Below are positions 25,434-34,539 of a stretch of DNA of 64,000 nt, in pieces. The position numbers were made by a program, and so were the translations under genes. This stretch comes from a phage. The first letter of the stretch is position 1, and each line of letters begins with the position of its first letter. Location of the stretch: the NCBI GenBank assembly GCA_016658885.1, contig GCA_016658885.1_4807.1; one strand, given 5' to 3'. The notes beneath the pieces are model-generated. The model was not told the origin of the DNA. It saw nothing but the letters and a program-made list of their open reading frames with translations, and did not search any database.

Positions 25434-26302
25434 GCATTAAAAACAGCGAAATCTTAAACGTATTCGACCTTGACGGAACGCTGTTTGATGATCGTTGGCG
25501 CTTAGACCGCATTAAGGTGGCAGGTCCGTTGTCAGACTATGATGATTATCACAGCGGTATTGGTTATGATCAGTTCTATCCTCACATTGCATCAGCAGTA
25601 GAGTCGGCATCTCTTCGCGGTGAGGCGGTTGAATATTGGACTGCAAGGCCAGAAAAATACAGACAAGTGACTTTTGAACGTCTGGACAATGTTTTTCCTT
25701 TTGATGAATTTACAATCAAGATGAGAGACTATGGCGACAAACGTACATCAACTATTATGAAATCTGCATGGCTATCGCACGCTTTGCGGCACGGCGATTA
25801 TCGAATCATCAATGTATTCGACGACCGACAAGACGTACTCGCGCGGATGCAAGATGAAGCATTGTATTATAATTCCGTTGCTCAAAATAAAATCGCTTTT
25901 ACATTTAATCTTTGCAAGGCAGGTGAAGTGGTGCAACAATTAGCAATTGATCCAAGCGCAACAGGGCAAGAAGAGACTAAGGCTGTGGAAGTTGAACAAT
26001 CTCCGGCAACTGCCGCCGATATTCTTGATGCAATGGCAGCAACCTTCCGTGAGCGCAACGCTGTCTATGGCGATAACGCTGTGATGGTAGGTCAGGTTAT
26101 GCAAGTGCTTTTCCCTAATGGCGTGACGTTGAAAACGCCGGAAGACTACCACATGTGGCATCTGTTCGAGCTTAAGATTGTCAAGCTTACACGCTTCGCA
26201 ATCAGCGGCCTGAAGCACGAAGACTCTATACACGATGATGGTGTTTACAGCGCCATGTGTGAACGTCTTGTTAACACCCATAATATTAATTTCAATAAAT
26301 AG
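25430..26302 (+). CDS. HAD-superfamily phosphatase fused to an uncharacterised C-terminal domain
   Basis: Motif I VFDLDGTLFDD, later VFDDRQD; C-terminal 110 aa (AADILDAMAATFRERNAVYGDN...) unassigned. Confidence 0.55.
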   Translation: MSIKNSEILNVFDLDGTLFDDRWRLDRIKVAGPLSDYDDYHSGIGYDQFYPHIASAVESASLRGEAVEYWTARPEKYRQVTFERLDNVFPFDEFTIKMRDYGDKRTSTIMKSAWLSHALRHGDYRIINVFDDRQDVLARMQDEALYYNSVAQNKIAFTFNLCKAGEVVQQLAIDPSATGQEETKAVEVEQSPATAADILDAMAATFRERNAVYGDNAVMVGQVMQVLFPNGVTLKTPEDYHMWHLFELKIVKLTRFAISGLKHEDSIHDDGVYSAMCERLVNTHNINFNK

Positions 26303-26348
26303 TTTACTTGTGCGTTTCGATGAGTTATATTTATCTCATCGAAACGAA
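26303..26348 (+). promoter_or_regulatory. sigma70-like promoter with conserved downstream motif
   Basis: TTTACT, 17-bp spacer, TATATT, then TCATCGAAACGAA; same architecture at 33602..33648. Confidence 0.5.
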
Positions 26349-26367
26349 GTCCAAAAAGGATAAATAA

Positions 26368-27051
26368 ATGAAAAAAGTAATTGTTGTAACTGGCTGCAAT
26401 TCCGGTCTTGGTAAATCCATTTTTGACACCCTTGGCGCTTACGGTCATGAAGTTGTCGGTATTGATTTGGAGAACGGCTATGACATCCGTAACGCGAAAC
26501 AGATGAAAGAGCTTCTCTCTCAATACGACGTAGAAGGCTTGATCAACTGCGCTGGCGTCAACTCCAACAACTGGTTCGAAGATGTTAACTACGAAGAGTT
26601 CAATCGCGTTATGCACACCAACGCCTTCTCTTTCGTCAACACGACTCAGGCCGCGCTGAAAAGTCTTATTGACAACAAAGGTTTTGTGATCAACATCGTT
26701 TCCAACGCTGCGCATATTCCTATGACGTCCAGCTTGTGTTATAATGCTTCCAAGGCTGCTGCGCTCATGATTAGCAAGCAGATGGCTCACGAGCTTACGC
26801 CTAAATACGGGATCACGGTATTCTCTATTAGTCCTAACAAGCTACGTGGTACTGGCATGTCCAAACAGATTGAAGATGCTGTTTGCGCGACTCGCGGCTG
26901 GACTCCTGAATACGCTGCTGAATACCAGAAAAAGGCACTGATGAATGGATTGGAGACTGAGCCGCAAGTAATTGCTGACTTCATTCGCCATATCTTAATT
27001 ACGGGCGCATGGCGCTTTATGTCTGGTACTGATATTCCATTCGGTAAATAA
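26368..27051 (+). CDS. short-chain dehydrogenase/reductase (SDR)
   Basis: VVTGCNSGLGKS cofactor motif, NCAG, catalytic YNASK. Confidence 0.75.
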   Translation: MKKVIVVTGCNSGLGKSIFDTLGAYGHEVVGIDLENGYDIRNAKQMKELLSQYDVEGLINCAGVNSNNWFEDVNYEEFNRVMHTNAFSFVNTTQAALKSLIDNKGFVINIVSNAAHIPMTSSLCYNASKAAALMISKQMAHELTPKYGITVFSISPNKLRGTGMSKQIEDAVCATRGWTPEYAAEYQKKALMNGLETEPQVIADFIRHILITGAWRFMSGTDIPFGK

Positions 27052-27147
27052 ATCACGAAAATTTGAGGTTGTCACACCCGCTCCTGAAAAGAAACAGGAC
27101 GAAGACGACACAGTAATTAATCAATAATATTTAATTAAGGAAACAAA

Positions 27148-27699
27148 ATGCCACATTTTAAAATTGAACAAATCGCCCTGTCAATTCCAGGTGCTCAGCG
27201 CGCACAGAATTTCCTGGCTAAAATCGGCCTGACAGAATGGTTCCATGATCACGTTGTTGCTACTGGTCGCGTATTTGAAGCTGATGTCTTTAAGGGTCAG
27301 CGCGGCGATTGCACCAACGAAGCTGACTTGCGCTTCAACTATCAGGCTGGCAACGGCACCGATGGCGGCGCTGGTAAGCCTCTTGAGCTTGAAATTCTTG
27401 ACTATACAAAAGGTTGCAACTGGATTCACGAAAACATCGAATACATCGATGCGCACGACAATCAGGTTAGCCATCTTGGTATGCACGTGACTGCCGCTGA
27501 ACTTGCTGAATGGCGCAAGTTCTTTAAAGAAGAAGGCATTCAGGTTGCGCAGGAAGTTGTGACCGACTCTCACACCAACCCAAACATTGCTGGTCAGCGT
27601 CGTTACAACTATGTAATCTTTGATACTCGTGAAATCATCGGTGTCGACCTTAAATTCATCGTACGGTTGAATCAAGACGGTACTCCGTACACTGTATAA
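27148..27699 (+). CDS. hypothetical protein, possibly glyoxalase/VOC-like fold
   Basis: ORF track; weak beta-alpha-beta pattern only; tentative. Confidence 0.35.
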   Translation: MPHFKIEQIALSIPGAQRAQNFLAKIGLTEWFHDHVVATGRVFEADVFKGQRGDCTNEADLRFNYQAGNGTDGGAGKPLELEILDYTKGCNWIHENIEYIDAHDNQVSHLGMHVTAAELAEWRKFFKEEGIQVAQEVVTDSHTNPNIAGQRRYNYVIFDTREIIGVDLKFIVRLNQDGTPYTV

Positions 27700-27715
27700 C
27701 GAATCGTGAATCTGT

Positions 27716-27741
27716 GGCCGTCCTAATGGGCGGCCTTTTTG
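27716..27741 (+). terminator. rho-independent terminator
   Basis: GGCCGTCC-taat-GGGCGGCC followed by TTTTT. Confidence 0.65.
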
Positions 27742-27753
27742 TAGGAGGCCAAT

Positions 27754-28296
27754 GTGTTATTTCTCCCTTATGACTTCGAAACAACCGGATTAACCGTGCA
27801 CCCGAAAGCGCCGCTTGGGATGCAGCCGCGCCCTATTGAATTTGCAGGTCTGTTGACAGACGGCAAAGAGATTCTTGAAACTTTTGAGTTCATAATTAAT
27901 CCTGAAATTGTGATTGAAGAAATCATCACAAAGATTACCGGATTAACAAATGAAGACCTTGAGTGCAATCCACCATTCATCAATTTCGTTCCGCAGCTAA
28001 AAGAAATATTCAAGAAGACGGATGCAACTATCGCGCACAACCATGCATTTGATAAAAACATTCTTGATTATGCACTACAGCGCGAAGGACTTACACTTGA
28101 TGATGTTAATTTCCCAGAAATAAACATCTGTACAGTTGAGCAAACCTTGCCTATTTTTGGTCGAAGAGTTAAGCTTCAAGAGCTGTATGAATTATATTTC
28201 GGAAAATATGAACAGAAGCACCGTGCATTAGACGACGTAATATTACTGCACAAAGTCTGCCAACAAATTGGCGTATATGACATCTGGAGTAAATAA
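27754..28296 (+). CDS. DnaQ-like 3'-5' exonuclease (DEDDh)
   Basis: YDFETTG, HNHAFDKNIL, HRALDDVILL; GTG start after AGGAGG. Confidence 0.75.
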   Translation: MLFLPYDFETTGLTVHPKAPLGMQPRPIEFAGLLTDGKEILETFEFIINPEIVIEEIITKITGLTNEDLECNPPFINFVPQLKEIFKKTDATIAHNHAFDKNILDYALQREGLTLDDVNFPEINICTVEQTLPIFGRRVKLQELYELYFGKYEQKHRALDDVILLHKVCQQIGVYDIWSK

Positions 28297-28757
28297 TGCT
28301 TGACATAGACTATTTGCACGAGCATTTCGATTATTTTGATGGCCAGCTTATAGTCAAAAAGAAGCCCTATAAATATAGAACTCAGGTTGGTGAACCAATA
28401 GGCTATCTTCATGGAGATAGATTGAGATGTAATCTTCACGGAAGGAAATGGTTTGTTCACCAGTTGATATTCTTCTATCATCATGGCTATTTGCCAGCTT
28501 ATGGAATCGACCATTGGGATAGGAATCCACTAAATAACAGAATCGAAAACTTAAGACCTTGTGACGCATCATCAAATGCTCAGAATATCGAAAGGTCTGA
28601 TGAAGTAGGAATAATCTTGACAATCAGCGGCACTTGGGAAGCGTCCATATCAATTAAAGGCAAAAAGAAGTACCTTGGAACTTTCAAGGAAAAGCACGAA
28701 GCCATTGAAGCGAGAATACGTGCAGAAAAAGACCACTACACCCACTACTGGAGGTAA
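28296..28757 (+). CDS. HNH homing endonuclease with AP2-type DNA-binding domain
   Basis: H..DRNPLNNRIENLR...NAQN HNH core; C-terminal SISIKGKKKYLGTFKEKHEAIEAR. Confidence 0.7.
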   Translation: MLDIDYLHEHFDYFDGQLIVKKKPYKYRTQVGEPIGYLHGDRLRCNLHGRKWFVHQLIFFYHHGYLPAYGIDHWDRNPLNNRIENLRPCDASSNAQNIERSDEVGIILTISGTWEASISIKGKKKYLGTFKEKHEAIEARIRAEKDHYTHYWR

Positions 28758-28758
28758 C

Positions 28759-31659
28759 ATGTCATTTCCACAACTAAGAGTTAGAAGCGGATATTCATTT
28801 AAAGAAGTTTACGGAAGGATGCCTGAAATTTGCTCGCGTCTAATTCAACTTAATTGTCACGCGGCAGCGATAGTTGATAACAATACTTGGTGTCACGTTC
28901 GCTGGGAAAAGGAATGCCAGAAAAATGATATTAAGCCTATGTTTGGAATGGAGATTCCAATCATCGACCCTGATGCGGACCCGAAAAAGGGATTCAAACC
29001 GAAGGCTTGGATATTGGCCCTTGACCTGAAATCCTTTTACAATGCGACCACGCTTGCAACACAGCGCGGCGGATTGACCCGTGCAGAGTTCGGGGCGCTC
29101 GATGGCGTCGTTAAATTCTGTGGCGGGGCCGTGGAGTTGCTGCGGCCAGAGGACTACGATTATATAGACGTCAACCCATCATCGTTCCTTTTGGCCAAGC
29201 GCCAGGTATTGGCTCACCGCAGCAACGGAAGGCCGCTGGTTTTAACCGGATACAATCACATGCCTTCACCTGAGCACGTTGACTTTGCTTATGCGTGGGA
29301 AGTTCGCGACACGGTTAAGCCGCACTGCATCGTTGACGCGGAAGACTTGCGCAAACAGCTTAAAGGAATCTTAACCGAAGATGAGTTGAATCAAGCAACT
29401 GCCAATGCGGTTGACATTGCAAATGGAATCGTTGGGCTTGACCTGAAGCTGCGCAAGGCGCCGATTATCCACCTTGCTGGTGACATGGTAAAACTTGCTC
29501 GTGAGGGTATGGAGTACCGCCTTAAGGCAGGTCACATCAAAGAATGGACTCAGGAATATGAGGACCGATTCAACGAAGAGATTCATCAGATTCAGCTAAA
29601 AGATTTCGACTCATACTTTCTTGTTGTAGCGGACCTTGTACGATTTGCAAAAACAAAAATGCTCGTCGGACCTGCTCGCGGCTCATCGGCTGGTTCACTG
29701 GTTTGTTATTGCCTCGGCATCACGGAAGTTGACCCAATCCCGTATAAGCTGCTATTTGCCCGATTCATCGACGTAAGCCGCGCCGACCTCCCTGATATTG
29801 ATATTGACTTTGAGGACACCAAACGCTATATGGTGTTTGATTACCTTAAAGAAAAATACGGCGAAATGAACGTTGCAAAGCTTGGCAACATCAACACGCT
29901 TAAGGCCAACTCAGTAATGGCTCAGGTTGGTAAGAAGTTCAACATTGGATATCACGAAACGGCCAACATTAAAAACGCATTGCTTGAATACTCATCTGGT
30001 GACGCCCGTTATGGTCACGGTCTGGAGGATACCTTTGCAACAACGACCACGGGCCAAGAGTTTGTGGCTAAATATCCCGATGCCGCGCGTTGCATGGGTG
30101 ACCTTGAGATTCACCCGTCCCACACAGGTGTTCACGCAGCGGGAATTATTGTGTGTAATGACCCAATCTCTGATTACTGTACGGTAACAGCGGAAGGGAT
30201 TGCACAAATTGATAAGCCTGACAGCGAATACCTTAACCTTTTGAAGCTTGATGCGCTGGGCCTTCGTACCCTCGGCATCATTTCTGATACTGGCGTGATA
30301 GATGCTGAAACGCTGTACGGCATAAAGCTTGATGATCAAAGCGTCCTTGACATCCTTAACGAAAACAAGATGTCAGGCATCTTCCAGTTTGAAGGCGATG
30401 CTGTACGCTCAGTGACCAACTTTGTGCACGTTGATAACTTTAACAAAATCGATAACCTGACAGCACTTGGTCGACCTGGCCCGTTGTCATCCGGTATGGC
30501 CCAGAAATACATTGAACGCGCGGCAGGGCGTGCGCCGATTGAATACGACGTGCCGCAGCTTGAGCCGTACTTAAAAGAGACTTACGGCGTGTTTCTTTAC
30601 CAAGAGCAAATCATGGCCGTGGTTAAAGAGATTGGTTCATTCGACTGGGCGAAAACATCCGCTGTACGCAAAGCGATGTCAGGCCGTAAGGGTGAAGAAT
30701 ACTTTAACAAGCTTGGCGAGGACTTTGTTGCAGGCGCAATCAATAACGGCGTACCGGAAGCGGACGCAAGAAAACTTTGGCAAGCGATGGCAACGTTCGG
30801 GTCATGGGGCTTTAACAAGTCACACTCCGTGTCATACGCGGTCGTGACCTACTGGACCTTGTGGCTTAAGCGACACTACCCGTTGGAATTTGCCGCAGCC
30901 TGCTTACGCGCTGCTAAGGACGAAGACCAGACGATTGCGATACTACGTGAACTTGCGAAGGAAGGCGTGGATTATGTGCCAATCGACCCTGATCACTCTT
31001 CAATGAACTGGACCATCGCGAACGGAAAGCTAATCGGCGGCATCATGAACGCGAAAGGATACGGAATGGTGAAGGCAATGAAGTATATCGAAGCGCGTGA
31101 AGCCGGAACCTTAACGCAAAAGCAAAAGGACGCATTGGCCAATGCTGAAGTCAAATACGGCGACCTTACAGAGATGCACACAAAGTTCGGCTGGGCGTAT
31201 AATGACCCGTATCTGATTGGCGTGACTTCCGGCGCTTCAATACGCCAGATGAAGGAAGTCGGTGATGACGAGCGTGCAATAGTAATCGGCAAGTTGACAA
31301 AGAAAGTGCTTGCAGACGAGAACGAAGCGACACGCATCCGTAAACGACTTGAGCGCGGCATCTATACAAAGCACGGCAAGCTTAAAAAAGGTCTTCAAGC
31401 TGATGGCCGCTACGCCGAGTTTGACCAGTACGGGAACAAGCTTGAGACTCAGTTCATCGACCTTATGTGCAAAGACGACTCGACAGACTCGCCAATGCGC
31501 TTCAGGATTCGTCCAGAAAAGTTCCAGAAGTACGGGAAATACATTGCTGAAAACGTCGGTAACGGCGCATTCTTCCTGATGAAAGGTCGTAAGCTTGAAG
31601 GCATTGACATGTTCATCGTCGACGTTATCAAACAGGTGTATCCAGATGGCAACAAATAA
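28759..31659 (+). CDS. dnaE: DNA polymerase III alpha-subunit-like replicative polymerase (DnaE family, PHP domain)
   Basis: GPARGSSAGSLVCYCLGITEVDP...LPDIDIDFE catalytic block; start set at ATG 28759 after GGAGG. Confidence 0.8.
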   Translation: MSFPQLRVRSGYSFKEVYGRMPEICSRLIQLNCHAAAIVDNNTWCHVRWEKECQKNDIKPMFGMEIPIIDPDADPKKGFKPKAWILALDLKSFYNATTLATQRGGLTRAEFGALDGVVKFCGGAVELLRPEDYDYIDVNPSSFLLAKRQVLAHRSNGRPLVLTGYNHMPSPEHVDFAYAWEVRDTVKPHCIVDAEDLRKQLKGILTEDELNQATANAVDIANGIVGLDLKLRKAPIIHLAGDMVKLAREGMEYRLKAGHIKEWTQEYEDRFNEEIHQIQLKDFDSYFLVVADLVRFAKTKMLVGPARGSSAGSLVCYCLGITEVDPIPYKLLFARFIDVSRADLPDIDIDFEDTKRYMVFDYLKEKYGEMNVAKLGNINTLKANSVMAQVGKKFNIGYHETANIKNALLEYSSGDARYGHGLEDTFATTTTGQEFVAKYPDAARCMGDLEIHPSHTGVHAAGIIVCNDPISDYCTVTAEGIAQIDKPDSEYLNLLKLDALGLRTLGIISDTGVIDAETLYGIKLDDQSVLDILNENKMSGIFQFEGDAVRSVTNFVHVDNFNKIDNLTALGRPGPLSSGMAQKYIERAAGRAPIEYDVPQLEPYLKETYGVFLYQEQIMAVVKEIGSFDWAKTSAVRKAMSGRKGEEYFNKLGEDFVAGAINNGVPEADARKLWQAMATFGSWGFNKSHSVSYAVVTYWTLWLKRHYPLEFAAACLRAAKDEDQTIAILRELAKEGVDYVPIDPDHSSMNWTIANGKLIGGIMNAKGYGMVKAMKYIEAREAGTLTQKQKDALANAEVKYGDLTEMHTKFGWAYNDPYLIGVTSGASIRQMKEVGDDERAIVIGKLTKKVLADENEATRIRKRLERGIYTKHGKLKKGLQADGRYAEFDQYGNKLETQFIDLMCKDDSTDSPMRFRIRPEKFQKYGKYIAENVGNGAFFLMKGRKLEGIDMFIVDVIKQVYPDGNK

Positions 31660-32068
31660 CCGTGAGCAGAAATACATATTCGTGCCTTTGAAGAAGCATT
31701 CAGAATCGGTATTGAAGCTTCAACGAATCGAGTCGATGACTGGTGATGGCGTGCCGGACGTAATCGGCACCAACCGGAAAGGGCGCGGCTTTTGGCTTGA
31801 AATGAAGTTCTTTGAATCGTGGCCTGCAAGGGCCACCACTGCACCTTTCAGAAATGCATTTGAGAAAGGCCAATGTAGCTTCCTTTCGTCTTGGAATGAT
31901 TGGCGATACCCATCATTCGTTTTACTCAAAGTTGATGCTGAGAAGATGTTTTATTTAGTCCACCCTTCTATTGAATTAAAGCGTTATAATACTGCAGACG
32001 TTCAACGTGAGATAATCGTGAAGGGAACTATTCATCACATCATCAAGTATTTAGAGGAATTGTCATGA
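31646..32068 (+). CDS. VRR-NUC domain nuclease
   Basis: DGVPDVIG...GFWLEMKF PD-(D/E)xK-like core; immediately upstream of SNF2 helicase. Confidence 0.6.
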   Translation: MATNNREQKYIFVPLKKHSESVLKLQRIESMTGDGVPDVIGTNRKGRGFWLEMKFFESWPARATTAPFRNAFEKGQCSFLSSWNDWRYPSFVLLKVDAEKMFYLVHPSIELKRYNTADVQREIIVKGTIHHIIKYLEELS

Positions 32069-33588
32069 AAACACAAGGAATGCGCCACCAATTATTGGCG
32101 CTTGATAAAGCAGGCCGCAGAAAATACTTTGCTTATTTTATGGAACAGGGTCTTGGCAAAACATGGACCGCTTTGGCAGAGTTTGAAAAGCATTTTACCG
32201 CTGGCGCATTTGATGCCATGGTTGTCATCGCTCCTAACGGTGTCCACTCGAACTGGATTCGTCGTGAAGCACCAGAACACCTTTCCATTAAATGGATTGG
32301 TCACTACTGGCGCGGCAATGACAAGATGAAGACTAAAAAGGGTAAAGCGCTTTGGGAGAAGATGTTTGCTGATCACTATCCTGAAGGTGAAGTGCCTGCG
32401 CGCATTTTCTCATTTAACATTGATACGGTGAATACGCCAGTCGGTTATCAACACATTGAGTCTGTCTTGAAGAAGTACCGCTGTTTGATGATCATTGACG
32501 AATCGACGCGTATCAAAAATAACACAGCCAAACGCTCCATAAAGGTTGTAGAATTGGGACGGCTGGCAAAGGCCCGTCGAATCCTTTCTGGCACTCCGCT
32601 GCCGCGCTCGCCTGCTGATATTTACATGCAGTATCATTTCCTTGAAGCTGGCTTGCTCGGCACCAAATCATTCCGTGCATTCAACTCTGAATTTACAGTG
32701 CTTCTTGAAGCGCACGACCCAGAGATGCAGGCCATTCTCAAGAAAATTGGCGGCAATGGTCATGGTATTCCGCAAGTGCCGCGCAAGGACCAGTTTGGCC
32801 GACCGATGTACAAAAACCTTGACAAACTTATCCGGTTGATGGAACCGCACTATTTCCGCGCCACAAAAGCGGAATACTTGCCGGACCTTCCAGAGAAGGT
32901 GTACAAGTTTATCGACTTCGAGTTGTCGCCTAAGCAGCGCGATGTCTACGATGAACTCAAGAATGAGTACAACTATCTTATGGAGTACAAAGGCGAAGAA
33001 GAAAACGTTAAGTTTGAGATGATCGCATCTCGCACTAAGATGAAGCAGGTGACATCAGGCTTTGTTAAGGTGTATGATGAGATGGTCTACATGGAAGACA
33101 ACCCACGATTCACGGCCTTTAAGGACTATGTGGAAGGGGTGCTGGAAGACGACCCAGAGCGCAAATTCATTGTTTGGGCCATCTTTAAGGAAGAGATGAA
33201 CCAGATTAAGGACTGGCTTGAGTCTGAAGGCGTGGTCACTGGTGTATACAACGGTGAAACATCAAAAGAGCAGCGCGAGTTCTTGATTGATGACTTCCAA
33301 AAGAACACAGTTGAGAACGGTGGAACGCAAGTCTTAGTTTGTCACGCTGCAGCGGCAGGCATCGGAATCACGCTTACCGCCGCCGACTTGGCAATCTATT
33401 ATTCTTGCAACTATGACAACGAGTTGCGCAAGCAATCCGAAGACCGAAATCACCGCATCGGCACCAAATCAAGCGTGTTGTATGTTGATTTTATTGGTGT
33501 TGATACCATCGACGAAGAAATTCAGCGTTCACTAAGTATGAAGTCTATGCTTGCTGATCACATCCTCGATGGCAAAAAGATGAATTAA
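32065..33588 (+). CDS. SNF2-family DNA helicase / translocase
   Basis: QGLGKTW motif I, LMIIDESTRIKN motif II, C-terminal QSEDRNHRIGTK. Confidence 0.8.
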   Translation: MKTQGMRHQLLALDKAGRRKYFAYFMEQGLGKTWTALAEFEKHFTAGAFDAMVVIAPNGVHSNWIRREAPEHLSIKWIGHYWRGNDKMKTKKGKALWEKMFADHYPEGEVPARIFSFNIDTVNTPVGYQHIESVLKKYRCLMIIDESTRIKNNTAKRSIKVVELGRLAKARRILSGTPLPRSPADIYMQYHFLEAGLLGTKSFRAFNSEFTVLLEAHDPEMQAILKKIGGNGHGIPQVPRKDQFGRPMYKNLDKLIRLMEPHYFRATKAEYLPDLPEKVYKFIDFELSPKQRDVYDELKNEYNYLMEYKGEEENVKFEMIASRTKMKQVTSGFVKVYDEMVYMEDNPRFTAFKDYVEGVLEDDPERKFIVWAIFKEEMNQIKDWLESEGVVTGVYNGETSKEQREFLIDDFQKNTVENGGTQVLVCHAAAAGIGITLTAADLAIYYSCNYDNELRKQSEDRNHRIGTKSSVLYVDFIGVDTIDEEIQRSLSMKSMLADHILDGKKMN

Positions 33589-33601
33589 TATCAAAAATAA
33601 T

Positions 33602-33648
33602 TTGACTTGTCACGGAAGATGAGTCATAATTACTTCATCGAAACGAAA
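33602..33648 (+). promoter_or_regulatory. sigma70-like promoter with conserved downstream motif
   Basis: TTGACT, 17-bp spacer, CATAAT, then TCATCGAAACGAA. Confidence 0.55.
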
Positions 33649-33662
33649 TAGAGTAATACAAA

Positions 33663-33926
33663 ATGGTACGCATCCTTGAACGTTACAAAAATGAAGCTAC
33701 TGGCGCAATCGCGTTCAAACGTCTTTTGGTCAAAGAAATTGACGGTCTGTTCCGCGTTGTAAAAGAGTTTGATTATGGCAACGTTGCTGGGGTGAATACC
33801 GTCATTATGCCTGGCATCAAGGCATATAAAACCTTAAAAGGCGCTGAGAAGGCTTTGGCGGCTTGGAAACCTGAACGTTATCAAATGACCCGTGTTGAAG
33901 GTCTAATGCAAGAAGGTAAAATATGA
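33663..33926 (+). CDS. hypothetical protein (87 aa)
   Basis: ORF track. Confidence 0.5.
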   Translation: MVRILERYKNEATGAIAFKRLLVKEIDGLFRVVKEFDYGNVAGVNTVIMPGIKAYKTLKGAEKALAAWKPERYQMTRVEGLMQEGKI

Positions 33927-34480
33927 GTAATATTAATTGGGAAGATGATTTGCCGCAGGTCGCTCCTGAGAGCATTCAAGAGCGCCTTGCGCGCTTAGTG
34001 TCTGAACTGGCAGAACGCCAAGAAGCTTTGACAAAGCTTGAAGATGAAGCTGATGTGCAAAAGCAGCGCATCAGTGAAATCAAAACTGTTCTGCTTCCTG
34101 GCGTTATGGATGAGCTTGGCGTGTCTGAAATCAAGCTTGAGGACAAGACCAACATCAAAGTCGAGTCAAAAGTTAATGCTTCAATTAAGAAAGAAAATGA
34201 ATTGAAGGTATTCGATTGGCTTGTCAACAACGGTTACGGCGGCTTGATCAAGTCCAGCGTCACAGCTGAGTTTGGTCGCGAAGAAATCGAGCAAGCGCAA
34301 GAGATTGTTGCCGCGCTGCGTGAAGACGGTGTTGAAGCCACGTTGAAACAAGGCGTTCATTCTGCTACACTGAAGTCATTTGTAAAAGAACAGCTGGAAG
34401 CGGGTAATCCAGTTAGTGAATATATTAGCGTTTTTGAGTATAAAGAAGCTAAAATAACCTTGCCTAAAAGCAAAAAGTAA
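33923..34480 (+). CDS. hypothetical coiled-coil protein (185 aa)
   Basis: ORF track; heptad-like charged N-terminus. Confidence 0.5.
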   Translation: MSNINWEDDLPQVAPESIQERLARLVSELAERQEALTKLEDEADVQKQRISEIKTVLLPGVMDELGVSEIKLEDKTNIKVESKVNASIKKENELKVFDWLVNNGYGGLIKSSVTAEFGREEIEQAQEIVAALREDGVEATLKQGVHSATLKSFVKEQLEAGNPVSEYISVFEYKEAKITLPKSKK

Positions 34481-34539
34481 TTTAACCTTTATCTTGAAAT
34501 CAGGTTGCCACGAAACTTGATACTATAGGAAAACATCAA

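Noticed and set aside
28675-28758. N-terminal extension of the polymerase ORF to 28675
   Set aside because: The extension overlaps the HNH gene in another frame; an ATG at 28759 with a GGAGG site begins the conserved PHP-domain sequence.
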